In this document: positions 1-9,116 of the stretch, piece after piece
Numbering within the stretch: the stretch's first letter is position 1
Layout: each line of letters begins with the position of its first letter
Translations under genes and position numbers: made by a program
NCBI GenBank assembly: GCA_018900835.1
Contig: JAHIFQ010000004.1
Span: 21,141 to 85,140, forward strand
From: Patescibacteria group bacterium
GTDB taxonomy: Bacteria; Patescibacteriota; Minisyncoccia; Minisyncoccales; PEYH01
Length of the DNA: 64,000 nucleotides
Direction of reading: 5' to 3'
The notes under the pieces: generated by a model
Seen by the model: only the letters and a program-made list of their open reading frames with translations
What the model was told of the DNA's origin: nothing
Databases searched by the model: none

Positions 1-38
1 TTTTTAGTTTTTAATTTTACATTTTACATTTGCGAAGC

Positions 39-455
39 ATGGAGTATCCCTTACCACAATTTTTATCAATAAAACCAAAGGTTGCCGGGCCGTTTAATCT
101 GGCGCAATTACTTTGGATTGTTGGCGGAGCATTAGTATCAATAATTTTCTATTTCACTGCTCCTCTTATGACTTTTGTTTTAATCGGCATTCCGATTATG
201 ATTGTTGCTTTTATTTTGGCTTTTGGCAAAAGAAAGGGCTTCCCAATTCCAACAATAATAGTCCGTTCTTTTTCGTTCATTTTTGCCAGCAAAAGATATC
301 TTTGGAAAAAAATTGACACTCCAGCGATTATGCTTCCAAAAGCAACCAAGGCAAAACCCGTAGAACCAAAAGACGACAAAGCAATTAGTTTAAAAATTTC
401 CGGGCAGAGCCGTTTAAAAGAAATCGGACGATTAATTGAAATCCATTCCAAGTAA
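39..455 (+). CDS. small two-helix membrane protein, PrgI/VirB3-like T4SS component (putative)
   Basis: ORF 30..455 starts at TTG; the first ATG at 39 gives MEYPLPQFLSIKPKVAGPFNLAQLLWIVGGALV.., two hydrophobic helices and a basic tail. It lies directly upstream of the VirB4-type ORFs. Family call is from memory, not searched. Confidence 0.45.
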   Translation: MEYPLPQFLSIKPKVAGPFNLAQLLWIVGGALVSIIFYFTAPLMTFVLIGIPIMIVAFILAFGKRKGFPIPTIIVRSFSFIFASKRYLWKKIDTPAIMLPKATKAKPVEPKDDKAISLKISGQSRLKEIGRLIEIHSK

Positions 456-467
456 ATTTCCTATATT

Positions 468-1106
468 ATGAATCTATCATCACAACAATTCCTGCCATTG
501 GAACAGATAAAAGAGGGCATTATGATATTGAAAGACCATAGCTTAAGGGGCGTAATGATGGCATCCTCTTTAAACTTTGCTCTTAAAGCAACCGAAGAAC
601 AAGAAGCAATTATCTATCAATTCCAAACATTTTTAAATGCTTTGGATTTTTCCTGCCAAATTTTTATTGCTTCAAGAAAAGTGAACATCACCGGCTATCT
701 GGAAAAACTGAAAGAAGTTGAAGAAAAACATGAAAATGAATTAATGGCAACACAGACAAGGGAATACCGAAAATTTATTGAAAAAATAGTGGCAGGTGGC
801 GCTATTATGAATAAAAATTTCTATATAATCGTGCCATTTTATCTTTCAGAAATGTATGGAAGCGCTACCAAGGGCGGACTGATATCTTTAAAAGCAATCC
901 CAACATTAACCGAAGAAATGTTCCAAAGAGCAAAGTCCCAACTTTACCAAAGAATGGAATTCTTGTCTTTGGGATTGAGAAGGTGCGGGGTTTGGAGCGT
1001 TGCATTACAAAGCGAAGAGCTGATAGAGCTTTTCTGGAGCATGTCTCATCCAAAAGAATCGTCTATCGGTTATTATCCAGAAATCCCGCCCGAATTAATA
1101 CAATAG
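468..1106 (+). CDS. hypothetical protein resembling the N-terminal domain of Gram-positive VirB4/TcpF-type ATPases
   Basis: 212-aa ORF ending 12 nt before the ATPase. The pattern LPLEQIKEGIMILKDHSLRGVMMASSLNFALKATEEQEAIIYQFQTFLNALDFSCQIFI is typical of VirB4-family N-termini. No NTP-binding motif. Confidence 0.35.
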   Translation: MNLSSQQFLPLEQIKEGIMILKDHSLRGVMMASSLNFALKATEEQEAIIYQFQTFLNALDFSCQIFIASRKVNITGYLEKLKEVEEKHENELMATQTREYRKFIEKIVAGGAIMNKNFYIIVPFYLSEMYGSATKGGLISLKAIPTLTEEMFQRAKSQLYQRMEFLSLGLRRCGVWSVALQSEELIELFWSMSHPKESSIGYYPEIPPELIQ

Positions 1107-1118
1107 CGAATAAATAAA

Positions 1119-4100
1119 ATGAAACTTTCCTTTTTAGATGGATTATTAGGAAAAAAGACAGAATATGAGGCTGGTGCAGAACCGCAAGCAATGAACTTGC
1201 TTGATTTTATAGCTCCTCCAGCGATTACAATCGGGTCTGACTATTTCCAGATAGGCGAAAAATTCGCTAAATCATACTTTATTTTCTCTTACCCGAGATA
1301 TTTGAGCACTGGGTGGTTGGCGCCAATTATAAACTTGGACATTCCATTGGACATTTCTATTTTCTTTCATCCGATTGATACTGGGCTTATTCTGAAAAAA
1401 TTAAGTAAAAAGGTTACTGAAGTTCAGTCGGAAATAATGGAAAAGGAAGAAAAGGGTTTAATAAGGGACCCTATCCTTGAGACCGCTTACAAAGACATTG
1501 AGGTATTAAGAGACCGGCTCCAAACAGCGCAGGAAAGAATGTTCAGGGTTGGAATGTATCTGACCATATATGCTGATGACAAAAAGGAGTTGGAAAAAAT
1601 AGAGGGCACTGTTCGCTCAATCCTTGAATCAAAATTGGTTTATGTAAAACCAGCCCTCTACCAACAGGATAAGGCAATGATTTCAGCGTATCCCGCTGGT
1701 ATAGACCGACTTCAAGTGCATACATCTATCAATACTAGTCCTCTCTCAACAATTTTCCCATTTGTGTCTTTTGATTTGAGTTCAAACGAAGGAATCCTTT
1801 ACGGGATAAACCAGCACAACAGCTCACTAGTGTTGTTTGACAGGTTTAGCTTGGAAAATGCAAACTCAGTCGTTTTCGGTAAGAGTGGCGGAGGCAAAAG
1901 CATTTTATCATCTGAACCAGTTCTGATAAGCGAGAACGGACAAACCAAGATTGAGAACATCGGCAAAGTTGTAGAAAGAGCAATAGAAAAACACGGGTGC
2001 CATAAAATTGACGAGGAATTAGAGGGAGCAATAAATCCATATATCAAAGTTTGGAGTTTTGATAAAAATCTTAAAGGCAGTTGGTCAACGGTGACTGTTG
2101 CTGCAAGAAAAAAAGCTCCTGAAATATTTTATAAATTCAGAACCCGAAGCGGAAGAGAGGTGAGCACAACAGGAGACCACAATATGTTAATCCTTAAAAA
2201 TGGACAAATAACCGCAGAAAAAAGCTCTGAAATTAATGAAGGAGAATTTATCCCGTTGTCCAGAAGGATTTCTGAAAACTCCTCTCCAGATAAATTCATA
2301 AACTTGCTTGAATTACTAAAAAATTCCCACTTGGTTTATGTTTTCAACGCTGAAAAAATCATCAAAAAATATTATCATCAGATAAAAAATCTTGATAGTG
2401 GTTCCTCTTTAAAAAAATATCTCTATAAATACAAAGATGGTAGAAGGATTCCTATTAAATACTTCCTTGAAATTATTGATTCTTTAAAAATTTCAGAAGC
2501 CGAGCTTAATGATTTAAAAATTGTTTCCAAAAATGGAGATATTGCCAATGGCTTAAATATAATCTTGCCTATTTCAAATAATCTGTTAAAAATAATCGGA
2601 TTTATAGCATCAGAAGGAACAGTTGGCGAAAACTTTATAAATATCAGTAACCAAGACGAAGAATTCATCAAAGAGTGTATGGACTCTTTCAAGAATATTG
2701 GGGTTCCGTGCTATCAAGCAGACAAAGCTATTATTTGCGCAAGCCGTATTTTCACAGAAATCATCAAGGCATTAGGCGGAAAACAGAAGTCCGGAGATAA
2801 GACGGTTTTGCCATTTATATTTAATGCTGAAAAAGAAAAAATTGCGCAATTCCTTTCCGCTTATTTTGAGGGAGACGGCGGGGTAGAACATGATAAAATA
2901 TGCGCCACAACCAAATCAAAACAGCTATCTTCTGAAATTTCTTATCTGCTTTACTATTTTGGAATCATTGCCAGAATCCAAAAGAAAATTAAATGCGCCA
3001 CCAATACAGAAGAAAAAAGAAAACAAACATATTGGCAAATTTCTGTATCAGGGAAGAATGATTTAGAAAAGTTTGCCCAAGAAATTGGATTCATTTCTCA
3101 CAGGAAAATAAACAAACTAAATAGCATTATTAAAGAAAATGGGAATACAAATGTTGATATAATCCCGGGCTTAGCTCCGTTGTTTGAAGAAATCTACAAC
3201 ACCTGTCCTCCGCTCCTTATGGGCATGCAAACGGTCTCTGCTCTAAAGCGCGGGATATATAATCCTTCACCAGATAATTTAAAAAACATAATAGAAAAAA
3301 TAGAAAAACGGATTACTTATTTTAAAGATAGAGGAGAACAAATAAAAGTCCTGTCAGGATTGCCAGAAATTCAGGAATTAATTGAATACGGAGAAAACAT
3401 AGACAAAGAAACAGAAGACAATCTTGATTATAATTATAGTCCACAAGTCATAATGACCGAGCAAGCAAAGCAAACCGACCGACTTATTTGGCAGGAATAC
3501 CAAGAAATTTTAAGAAATGGTATTCCAAAAATTGAAAATATTATCAAACGCCTAAAAAATCTAGCAAACTCTGATTTATTTTTTGACGAAATCGTAAATA
3601 TTGAAAAAATAGCCAACAAAGATGAACAATATGTTTATGATTTAACAGTGGACAACGAAGTATTTCTCTGCGGAAACGGTGGAATGTTTGTTCACAATTC
3701 GTACGCAATTAAGTTGGAGATTTTAAGGTCTTTGATGCTTGGAATTGAATCAATTATTATTGACCCTGAAAACGAATATAGATTCCTTTCTGACGCAGTG
3801 GGCGGGAAGTTCTATAATATTTCTTTGGCATCAGAAAGCCATATAAACCCTTTTGACCTGCCAGAACCAGTTGATGATGAAGAGCCAAAAGATGTTTTGC
3901 GCTCCAACATTATCAACTTGGTTGGGCTTATGAGAATAATGCTTGGCGGGCTCACGCCTGAAGAGGACTCTGTTATTGACCAAGCTATTAACGAAACATA
4001 TGCTGCCCGCGACATCACCGCAGACACAGACCCTGGTCTATGGAAAGAAAGGGTGCCATTGATGTCTGATTTAGAATCAGTGCTGGAAACAATGGAAGGC

Positions 4101-4718
4101 GCTGAATCGCTGGTTAAACGATTAAGAAAATTCACCAAAGGCGTTTACGCGGGATTCTTTAATTATCCAACAAATGTAGTAATGGATAATGCTTTGGTTG
4201 TTTTTGGCATTAAAAATCTTGAAACAGAATTAAGGCCATTGGCAATGTTTATTGTTATGCGCTACATTTGGAACGCCATTAAAGGTGATTTAAAAAAGAG
4301 AATCTTGGTGATTGACGAAGCGTGGTGGCTGATGCAAACAGAAGACAGCGCTTCTTTCCTTTATGGAATTGTAAAAAGAGGAAGAAAATATTGGCTTGGC
4401 ACAACCACAATCACACAGGATGTGAACGATTTTATGAAATCAGACTATGGCCAGCCCATAATCACAAATTCATCTTTGCAACTCTTGATGAAACAATCTC
4501 CAGCCACTATTCAGGTTGTAAAAGAGACCTTCAATCTTACTGACCAAGAAAAATACCTGCTTTTGGAAGCGCCTATTGGCGAAGGAATATTTTTTGCCGG
4601 AGAAAAACATGTTTCTATCAGGATTGTTGCTTCCTACACAGAGGACCAAATCATAACAACCTCGCCTGAAGAAATGTCTAAAATAAAAAAGCTTAAAAAG
4701 ATAAAAGAAAATGCCTGA
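1119..4718 (+). CDS. virB4: VirB4/TraC/TrbE-family T4SS ATPase containing an intein
   Basis: 1199-aa ORF. The extein (aa 1-260 plus 861-1199) has the N-domain LDFIAPPAITIG..YFIFSYPRYLSTGWL, a Walker A GKSGGGK/S interrupted by the insert, Walker B RILVIDEAWWLM, and GTTTITQDVNDF. Confidence 0.85.
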   Translation: MKLSFLDGLLGKKTEYEAGAEPQAMNLLDFIAPPAITIGSDYFQIGEKFAKSYFIFSYPRYLSTGWLAPIINLDIPLDISIFFHPIDTGLILKKLSKKVTEVQSEIMEKEEKGLIRDPILETAYKDIEVLRDRLQTAQERMFRVGMYLTIYADDKKELEKIEGTVRSILESKLVYVKPALYQQDKAMISAYPAGIDRLQVHTSINTSPLSTIFPFVSFDLSSNEGILYGINQHNSSLVLFDRFSLENANSVVFGKSGGGKSILSSEPVLISENGQTKIENIGKVVERAIEKHGCHKIDEELEGAINPYIKVWSFDKNLKGSWSTVTVAARKKAPEIFYKFRTRSGREVSTTGDHNMLILKNGQITAEKSSEINEGEFIPLSRRISENSSPDKFINLLELLKNSHLVYVFNAEKIIKKYYHQIKNLDSGSSLKKYLYKYKDGRRIPIKYFLEIIDSLKISEAELNDLKIVSKNGDIANGLNIILPISNNLLKIIGFIASEGTVGENFINISNQDEEFIKECMDSFKNIGVPCYQADKAIICASRIFTEIIKALGGKQKSGDKTVLPFIFNAEKEKIAQFLSAYFEGDGGVEHDKICATTKSKQLSSEISYLLYYFGIIARIQKKIKCATNTEEKRKQTYWQISVSGKNDLEKFAQEIGFISHRKINKLNSIIKENGNTNVDIIPGLAPLFEEIYNTCPPLLMGMQTVSALKRGIYNPSPDNLKNIIEKIEKRITYFKDRGEQIKVLSGLPEIQELIEYGENIDKETEDNLDYNYSPQVIMTEQAKQTDRLIWQEYQEILRNGIPKIENIIKRLKNLANSDLFFDEIVNIEKIANKDEQYVYDLTVDNEVFLCGNGGMFVHNSYAIKLEILRSLMLGIESIIIDPENEYRFLSDAVGGKFYNISLASESHINPFDLPEPVDDEEPKDVLRSNIINLVGLMRIMLGGLTPEEDSVIDQAINETYAARDITADTDPGLWKERVPLMSDLESVLETMEGAESLVKRLRKFTKGVYAGFFNYPTNVVMDNALVVFGIKNLETELRPLAMFIVMRYIWNAIKGDLKKRILVIDEAWWLMQTEDSASFLYGIVKRGRKYWLGTTTITQDVNDFMKSDYGQPIITNSSLQLLMKQSPATIQVVKETFNLTDQEKYLLLEAPIGEGIFFAGEKHVSIRIVASYTEDQIITTSPEEMSKIKKLKKIKENA
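1899..3698 (+). mobile_element. 600-aa intein with LAGLIDADG homing-endonuclease domain inside the VirB4-like P-loop
   Basis: In-frame 1800-nt insert between K260 and S861. Block A SILSSEPVLISENG; block B TTGDHNMLIL; LAGLIDADG motifs LLKIIGFIASEGTVG and IAQFLSAYFEGDGGV; block F YVYDLTVDNEVFLCGNG; block G MFVHN followed by +1 Ser. Removal restores GKSGGGKSYAIKLE. Confidence 0.8.
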
Positions 4719-5013
4719 AACATTGTCAGCAAGAGGAATTATGAGATTGATAATCGCTATCATTCTTGATATCTTTGGTTTCCTTTGTTCAGCCATTTCC
4801 CTTCTCGGGCTACCAGGAATGTTTATAGGCGGAGCGCTTTCGCTTATTCCAGACGGCTTAGGATTCATTTTTATAGGCGGAATGAACAGAAAAAAGGATA
4901 GGGAATTCTACCTTTCTTTCGTGGCTGAAATTATTCCTGGATTGGGAGCTCTTCCTTTTTGGACAGCATATGTTCTGCTTGGGAAAGGATATACTCCATC
5001 TGACCCTAAATAA
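4711..5013 (+). CDS. small Gly-rich integral membrane protein (unknown family)
   Basis: 100-aa ORF overlapping the ATPase stop by 8 nt. Hydrophobic segments include LGLPGMFIGGALSLIPDGLGFIFIGG. Confidence 0.4.
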   Translation: MPETLSARGIMRLIIAIILDIFGFLCSAISLLGLPGMFIGGALSLIPDGLGFIFIGGMNRKKDREFYLSFVAEIIPGLGALPFWTAYVLLGKGYTPSDPK

Positions 5014-5017
5014 AAAA

Positions 5018-7582
5018 ATGACGAATAACACGAAAAAATTTATTCTGTTTATGGGGTCAATCTTATTGGCTGTTTTTTTGTTAACAATAGTCCATTTTTC
5101 AAGAGTAAGCGCTGCTGATTTGGAAAACATATACCCAGATGTTCCTGGAGCAATAACGCCAACAACCACTGAAACGCCTCTGCCTGTATTATTAAAATAT
5201 ATTTATAATCTTTCTATTATCTTGGCCGGCTTTATAGCATTTGTAGTCATGGTTTGGGGAGGTGTGAAATATATTTTAGCTGGACCAAGGCCAGGAAAAT
5301 TGGCAGACGCCAAGGAACAAATCACGCTCGGATTAGTAGGCATGATGCTGATTTTCGCTTCATATATGATAGTAAACACCATAAATCCTGACTTTACTAA
5401 ATTAATAACAATTCTGCCCATTACTTTTACCGATACCTTTATCCCATCAAGCGATAATCCAAGTTCAATGGATGTCGGACTTTACGAGATTCCTATCGGC
5501 TCAATCATCACCTCTGAATTCGGAGCTTCCTCTTTTTTGGCAACCACTAGTCCAGATATTGACTACGCTAATACCGAATGGCCGCCTACAATCACAAGCA
5601 CTAGCACCTATGATACTGATTTTCAGGGCGCTCTTTTCGGAGCGCGCCTAAGGCGAATACACGAAGTTGCCAGCACCACTGTGCCAGTGGCAAAAAAATT
5701 ACACGATTTGAGCAACGGGCTCCATGATTTAATAAATAAATGCACTTGCATGTTCGGATGTCATGGGAATATCCTATTAATATGCGCCGTATCTACAGAT
5801 TGCGGATGCGACACAGGATATTTGTGCAGTGATGACACAAAAGACAAAATGGAAAAAAGAATAGGGGAAATCGAATCCTTAAAAGACGCTTTTAAGGCCT
5901 TCTTAAATCCCAATTCCCTTGTAGAGGATTATTATAACAATAATCAATCAGATATTGACGGCTTGGATGATGATGAAATAAAAGACCTTATCCAGATGAT
6001 GATAGAGGTAGAGAATAAGGGCGGTTATAGTCCGAAAAACGACCCGCATGAAAGAGATATTGGGAGAAATCTGCTTGAAATGACTGCTTTTATAAATGAA
6101 ATGAATAAGATGAAAAGAATGCTCAACCCCTATGACCAGGATGTGGGCTATTTAAGCTTGCTTACATTCGCCGAAGCCACCACGCTGGAAGCCAATATGG
6201 ATGTAAGCTCCACTATTTATAATTATTTCGCCGCCCTTCCAGCTGGGCTGGAAAAAATTGACGAAAAAAACGACCCTGCCACTTTTTATTCAGCAGCCAC
6301 TCTTCCTTTTCCATATGGGATGCCAGACGATAGACCGTATAATCAAGATGCTCCGGAACCCGATTTTCTGCCTTATTATCCAGGAGAAAGAAAAATGTCC
6401 TATCAAAAAAACATTGCTTTCGCAGCCGTACCATTCGTTCCCCCAAATGTGCAATTTGATTTTGACACCCCTCCAAGCACGGGCGGAACCTGTAATTATA
6501 TATTGGAAATCCCTATCGGCAGAGCATTAGATGAGGCAATCAATCTCGCCCAAGCAATCAATAAAGAATTATTTAATATATTCGTCAAAGGACATATAGA
6601 AATAATCGGCGCCAATATGCTGATAAAAGCAGCAGAAAAATTCATTGACCTGAAATGCGTCGATGCCTGCATCAAGCCAACATGTGTCGGCGAACCACCT
6701 CTCGCATTATGCGTTCCACCATTCCTCTGTATGCCGACTCTCGAAACAATATTCTTGAATGCTCAAAGTGATATTGCCATATTCCTTATTGAATTAACAA
6801 CTATCCCGGGTATGAACATTGCCATAGATGATATTGAAACTTCATTCAAAAAATTGGACTCCCAGGAACCGATTTTGATAGACCGCGTGTGTAAAGACGA
6901 AAAAGGAAATTGTCGAAAAAGGAACGGAACAATTAATAATAGTAAAGTAGAAGAAAGGGAATATACTTTAAAAGAAAAATTAATGGAGGTTCAACTTCTG
7001 CTTAATAGGTCTAGGGAGCTCGTCGGCCAGGACAAAGAAAAAAGCGTTTACGAAATCTTGTTAGAGGATTACATTGCCCTCGGTTTTGGCAAATATTATG
7101 AAGATTTGTTAAAATATATAAGGAGGATTGACGCTATTGAAAGAACCGACCTTCAGGACTGCCACATAATATCCGGAACCATCAAGAAAATAGAGGGAGA
7201 GAATTACAGCACATCATTGATGAATTGCCGAGATGCCAAGCTCCTGGACTTGATAGATTTCTATAATGAAGACATTTGCAGTCCTAATCCTTATCTTGAC
7301 GCCAATTATTATTTAAAACCCGAAGCCCGCAAGTTAAGGCCTATCAGTTGTTATTGCTATGACGAGGATGCTGACAAAAAATACTATAATAAAAAGGATT
7401 TCCCTGAACTCTACCAAAGTATAAGCATTATTGTTCCCAGTTTTATGGCTGATATAGAAGATTTAGACACTGATGCCCTGCATGATTTGGCGCAACAATG
7501 GCAAAATGCCCGTATAGACCTCAATCATTTCTCCGGATTCGGCAATAATTATTTTTGCTGTATTAAAAATTATGAAGAATAA
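5018..7582 (+). CDS. large secreted Cys-rich protein with N-terminal VirB2/TrbC-like T4SS pilin module
   Basis: ATG at 5018, in frame with ORF 4970..7582, gives the signal/anchor MTNNTKKFILFMGSILLAVFLLTIVHFSRVSA. A two-helix pilin-like module follows (LLKYIYNLSIILAGFIAFVVMVWGGVKYILAGPRPGKLADAKEQITLGLVGMMLIFASYMIVNTINP). The remaining ~700 aa are Cys-rich and belong to no family I recognise. Confidence 0.6.
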   Translation: MTNNTKKFILFMGSILLAVFLLTIVHFSRVSAADLENIYPDVPGAITPTTTETPLPVLLKYIYNLSIILAGFIAFVVMVWGGVKYILAGPRPGKLADAKEQITLGLVGMMLIFASYMIVNTINPDFTKLITILPITFTDTFIPSSDNPSSMDVGLYEIPIGSIITSEFGASSFLATTSPDIDYANTEWPPTITSTSTYDTDFQGALFGARLRRIHEVASTTVPVAKKLHDLSNGLHDLINKCTCMFGCHGNILLICAVSTDCGCDTGYLCSDDTKDKMEKRIGEIESLKDAFKAFLNPNSLVEDYYNNNQSDIDGLDDDEIKDLIQMMIEVENKGGYSPKNDPHERDIGRNLLEMTAFINEMNKMKRMLNPYDQDVGYLSLLTFAEATTLEANMDVSSTIYNYFAALPAGLEKIDEKNDPATFYSAATLPFPYGMPDDRPYNQDAPEPDFLPYYPGERKMSYQKNIAFAAVPFVPPNVQFDFDTPPSTGGTCNYILEIPIGRALDEAINLAQAINKELFNIFVKGHIEIIGANMLIKAAEKFIDLKCVDACIKPTCVGEPPLALCVPPFLCMPTLETIFLNAQSDIAIFLIELTTIPGMNIAIDDIETSFKKLDSQEPILIDRVCKDEKGNCRKRNGTINNSKVEEREYTLKEKLMEVQLLLNRSRELVGQDKEKSVYEILLEDYIALGFGKYYEDLLKYIRRIDAIERTDLQDCHIISGTIKKIEGENYSTSLMNCRDAKLLDLIDFYNEDICSPNPYLDANYYLKPEARKLRPISCYCYDEDADKKYYNKKDFPELYQSISIIVPSFMADIEDLDTDALHDLAQQWQNARIDLNHFSGFGNNYFCCIKNYEE

Positions 7583-9116
7583 AGAGATGAAAAAAATCAT
7601 ATTAATAATAAGTGTTTTGGTTGTCCTCTCTTGCGCAGGACTAATATACGCCCTTGAAGTAGAATATCCAACTGTAGGCGGTATGCAGGGCCCACAGGAT
7701 ACTGGAGTCAAATTAACAACCTATATCCGTTATATCTATAACTTTGCCATTATAAGCGGAGGACTGATTGCTTTATTGGCTTTAATTTACGGCGGATTCA
7801 GATTTTTGACTTCAGCTGGCAATCCAAGCGCTATCACAGACGCAAGAGAACAAATCTTAGCAGGACTTTTGGGATTGGTTGTTATTTTGGGTTCATATAT
7901 AATACTAAACGAACTGAATCCTGACTTAGTGTCATTGAGAATCCCGGGGATTGACGCAAACAGAAAGGGAATAATTTTATATAGTCAGGCCGGTTGCGGT
8001 GGATTGAGCGATGATGACGCTTCTATGCCCGAGGTTGCTGATATCCCTGACGGCCTGCTTTACAAAGCAATGAACAGCAGCGGATCAATAACAGATCAAG
8101 ACGGAAACAGTTTTCTTCCTGTGTCTCTGTTTTCTTTTCAGGATTCAAAAGATTTAATAATACAATTTTATTCCAATGACAAATGCGAAGGAAACACGGT
8201 TCCAGCGCCACAACTTAATTCTAACCAATGTTTAGATATCAGCGCTTCTAATCTTAAGTGCATAAAGTTCATTTGGTACAAGCCCGGGGTCTGGGTCTTC
8301 AACCAATTAGAAAATGGAGCTAATGTGCCTGACCCCGGTGACCTGCCTCTTGGATGGGAAGAAGGAAAAGAATATATAGTATTCCAGAGCAATCAAGAAT
8401 CTTTACCAAACAACTTCCACGACCAAATTGTGGCTCTGGTAATCGTGCCCAGTAAAGAGTCCGAGGAAGGATTGGGGAAAAACTACGGCGTAATCGCCCA
8501 CAATATCCCCGGACCCATGCTCAAAGAAAAAGGTTGGGCCCATATTTATCTGCCGGGAAACGGTTCTGCTTCGGGTTGCCGATTATCTGGAGAGATAACT
8601 AAGTGCGGACCATTTGAAAATAATTCTTCTGATATTTCTTCGTTAACAATATTCAATATGCCCAAAGAAGGAACAGCCACTAAGGCAATAAAGGTTTGCC
8701 GAAATGACAGATGCGAGCCGCAGAGAGTCGGAGATGACTTCTTTGATGTTTATAAAGAATATTTTCCGGGAAGCGGACTTCAAGAAAGAACCAGTGTTTT
8801 CGGAGGAGCGGTGTCTCCCTATAACCTCGGAAGCGGAATAGTGTATGGTAAAAATCTTAATGGTGAAAATTGGGATACTGGCAATCCTATTGTTCTTGGC
8901 AGGAATCAGGCAGACGGGGTTTCAGCTATTGAAATAGATGAAGGAGCCCGTTATCTGACGCTCCTTTACGACGAATATCTTGATTTTTCCAATATTAATA
9001 CTAACACTTCGGCTGACGCAGCCATTATCAATATTTCTATGCCATCTTTGAGAACAATTCAAATGGATGGTAGAGTTGGGACAATTATAGTTATCCGAGT
9101 GGGGACAGAAGATTAA
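7572..9116 (+). CDS. secreted protein with N-terminal VirB2/TrbC-like T4SS pilin module (paralogous N-terminus to the preceding gene)
   Basis: Signal peptide MKKIILIISVLVVLSCAGLIYA, then YIRYIYNFAIISGGLIALLALIYGGFRFLTSAGNPSAITDAREQILAGLLGLVVILGSYIILNELNP. The C-terminal ~380 aa are unrelated to the neighbour. The start overlaps the upstream stop by 11 nt. Confidence 0.6.
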   Translation: MKNKEMKKIILIISVLVVLSCAGLIYALEVEYPTVGGMQGPQDTGVKLTTYIRYIYNFAIISGGLIALLALIYGGFRFLTSAGNPSAITDAREQILAGLLGLVVILGSYIILNELNPDLVSLRIPGIDANRKGIILYSQAGCGGLSDDDASMPEVADIPDGLLYKAMNSSGSITDQDGNSFLPVSLFSFQDSKDLIIQFYSNDKCEGNTVPAPQLNSNQCLDISASNLKCIKFIWYKPGVWVFNQLENGANVPDPGDLPLGWEEGKEYIVFQSNQESLPNNFHDQIVALVIVPSKESEEGLGKNYGVIAHNIPGPMLKEKGWAHIYLPGNGSASGCRLSGEITKCGPFENNSSDISSLTIFNMPKEGTATKAIKVCRNDRCEPQRVGDDFFDVYKEYFPGSGLQERTSVFGGAVSPYNLGSGIVYGKNLNGENWDTGNPIVLGRNQADGVSAIEIDEGARYLTLLYDEYLDFSNINTNTSADAAIINISMPSLRTIQMDGRVGTIIVIRVGTED

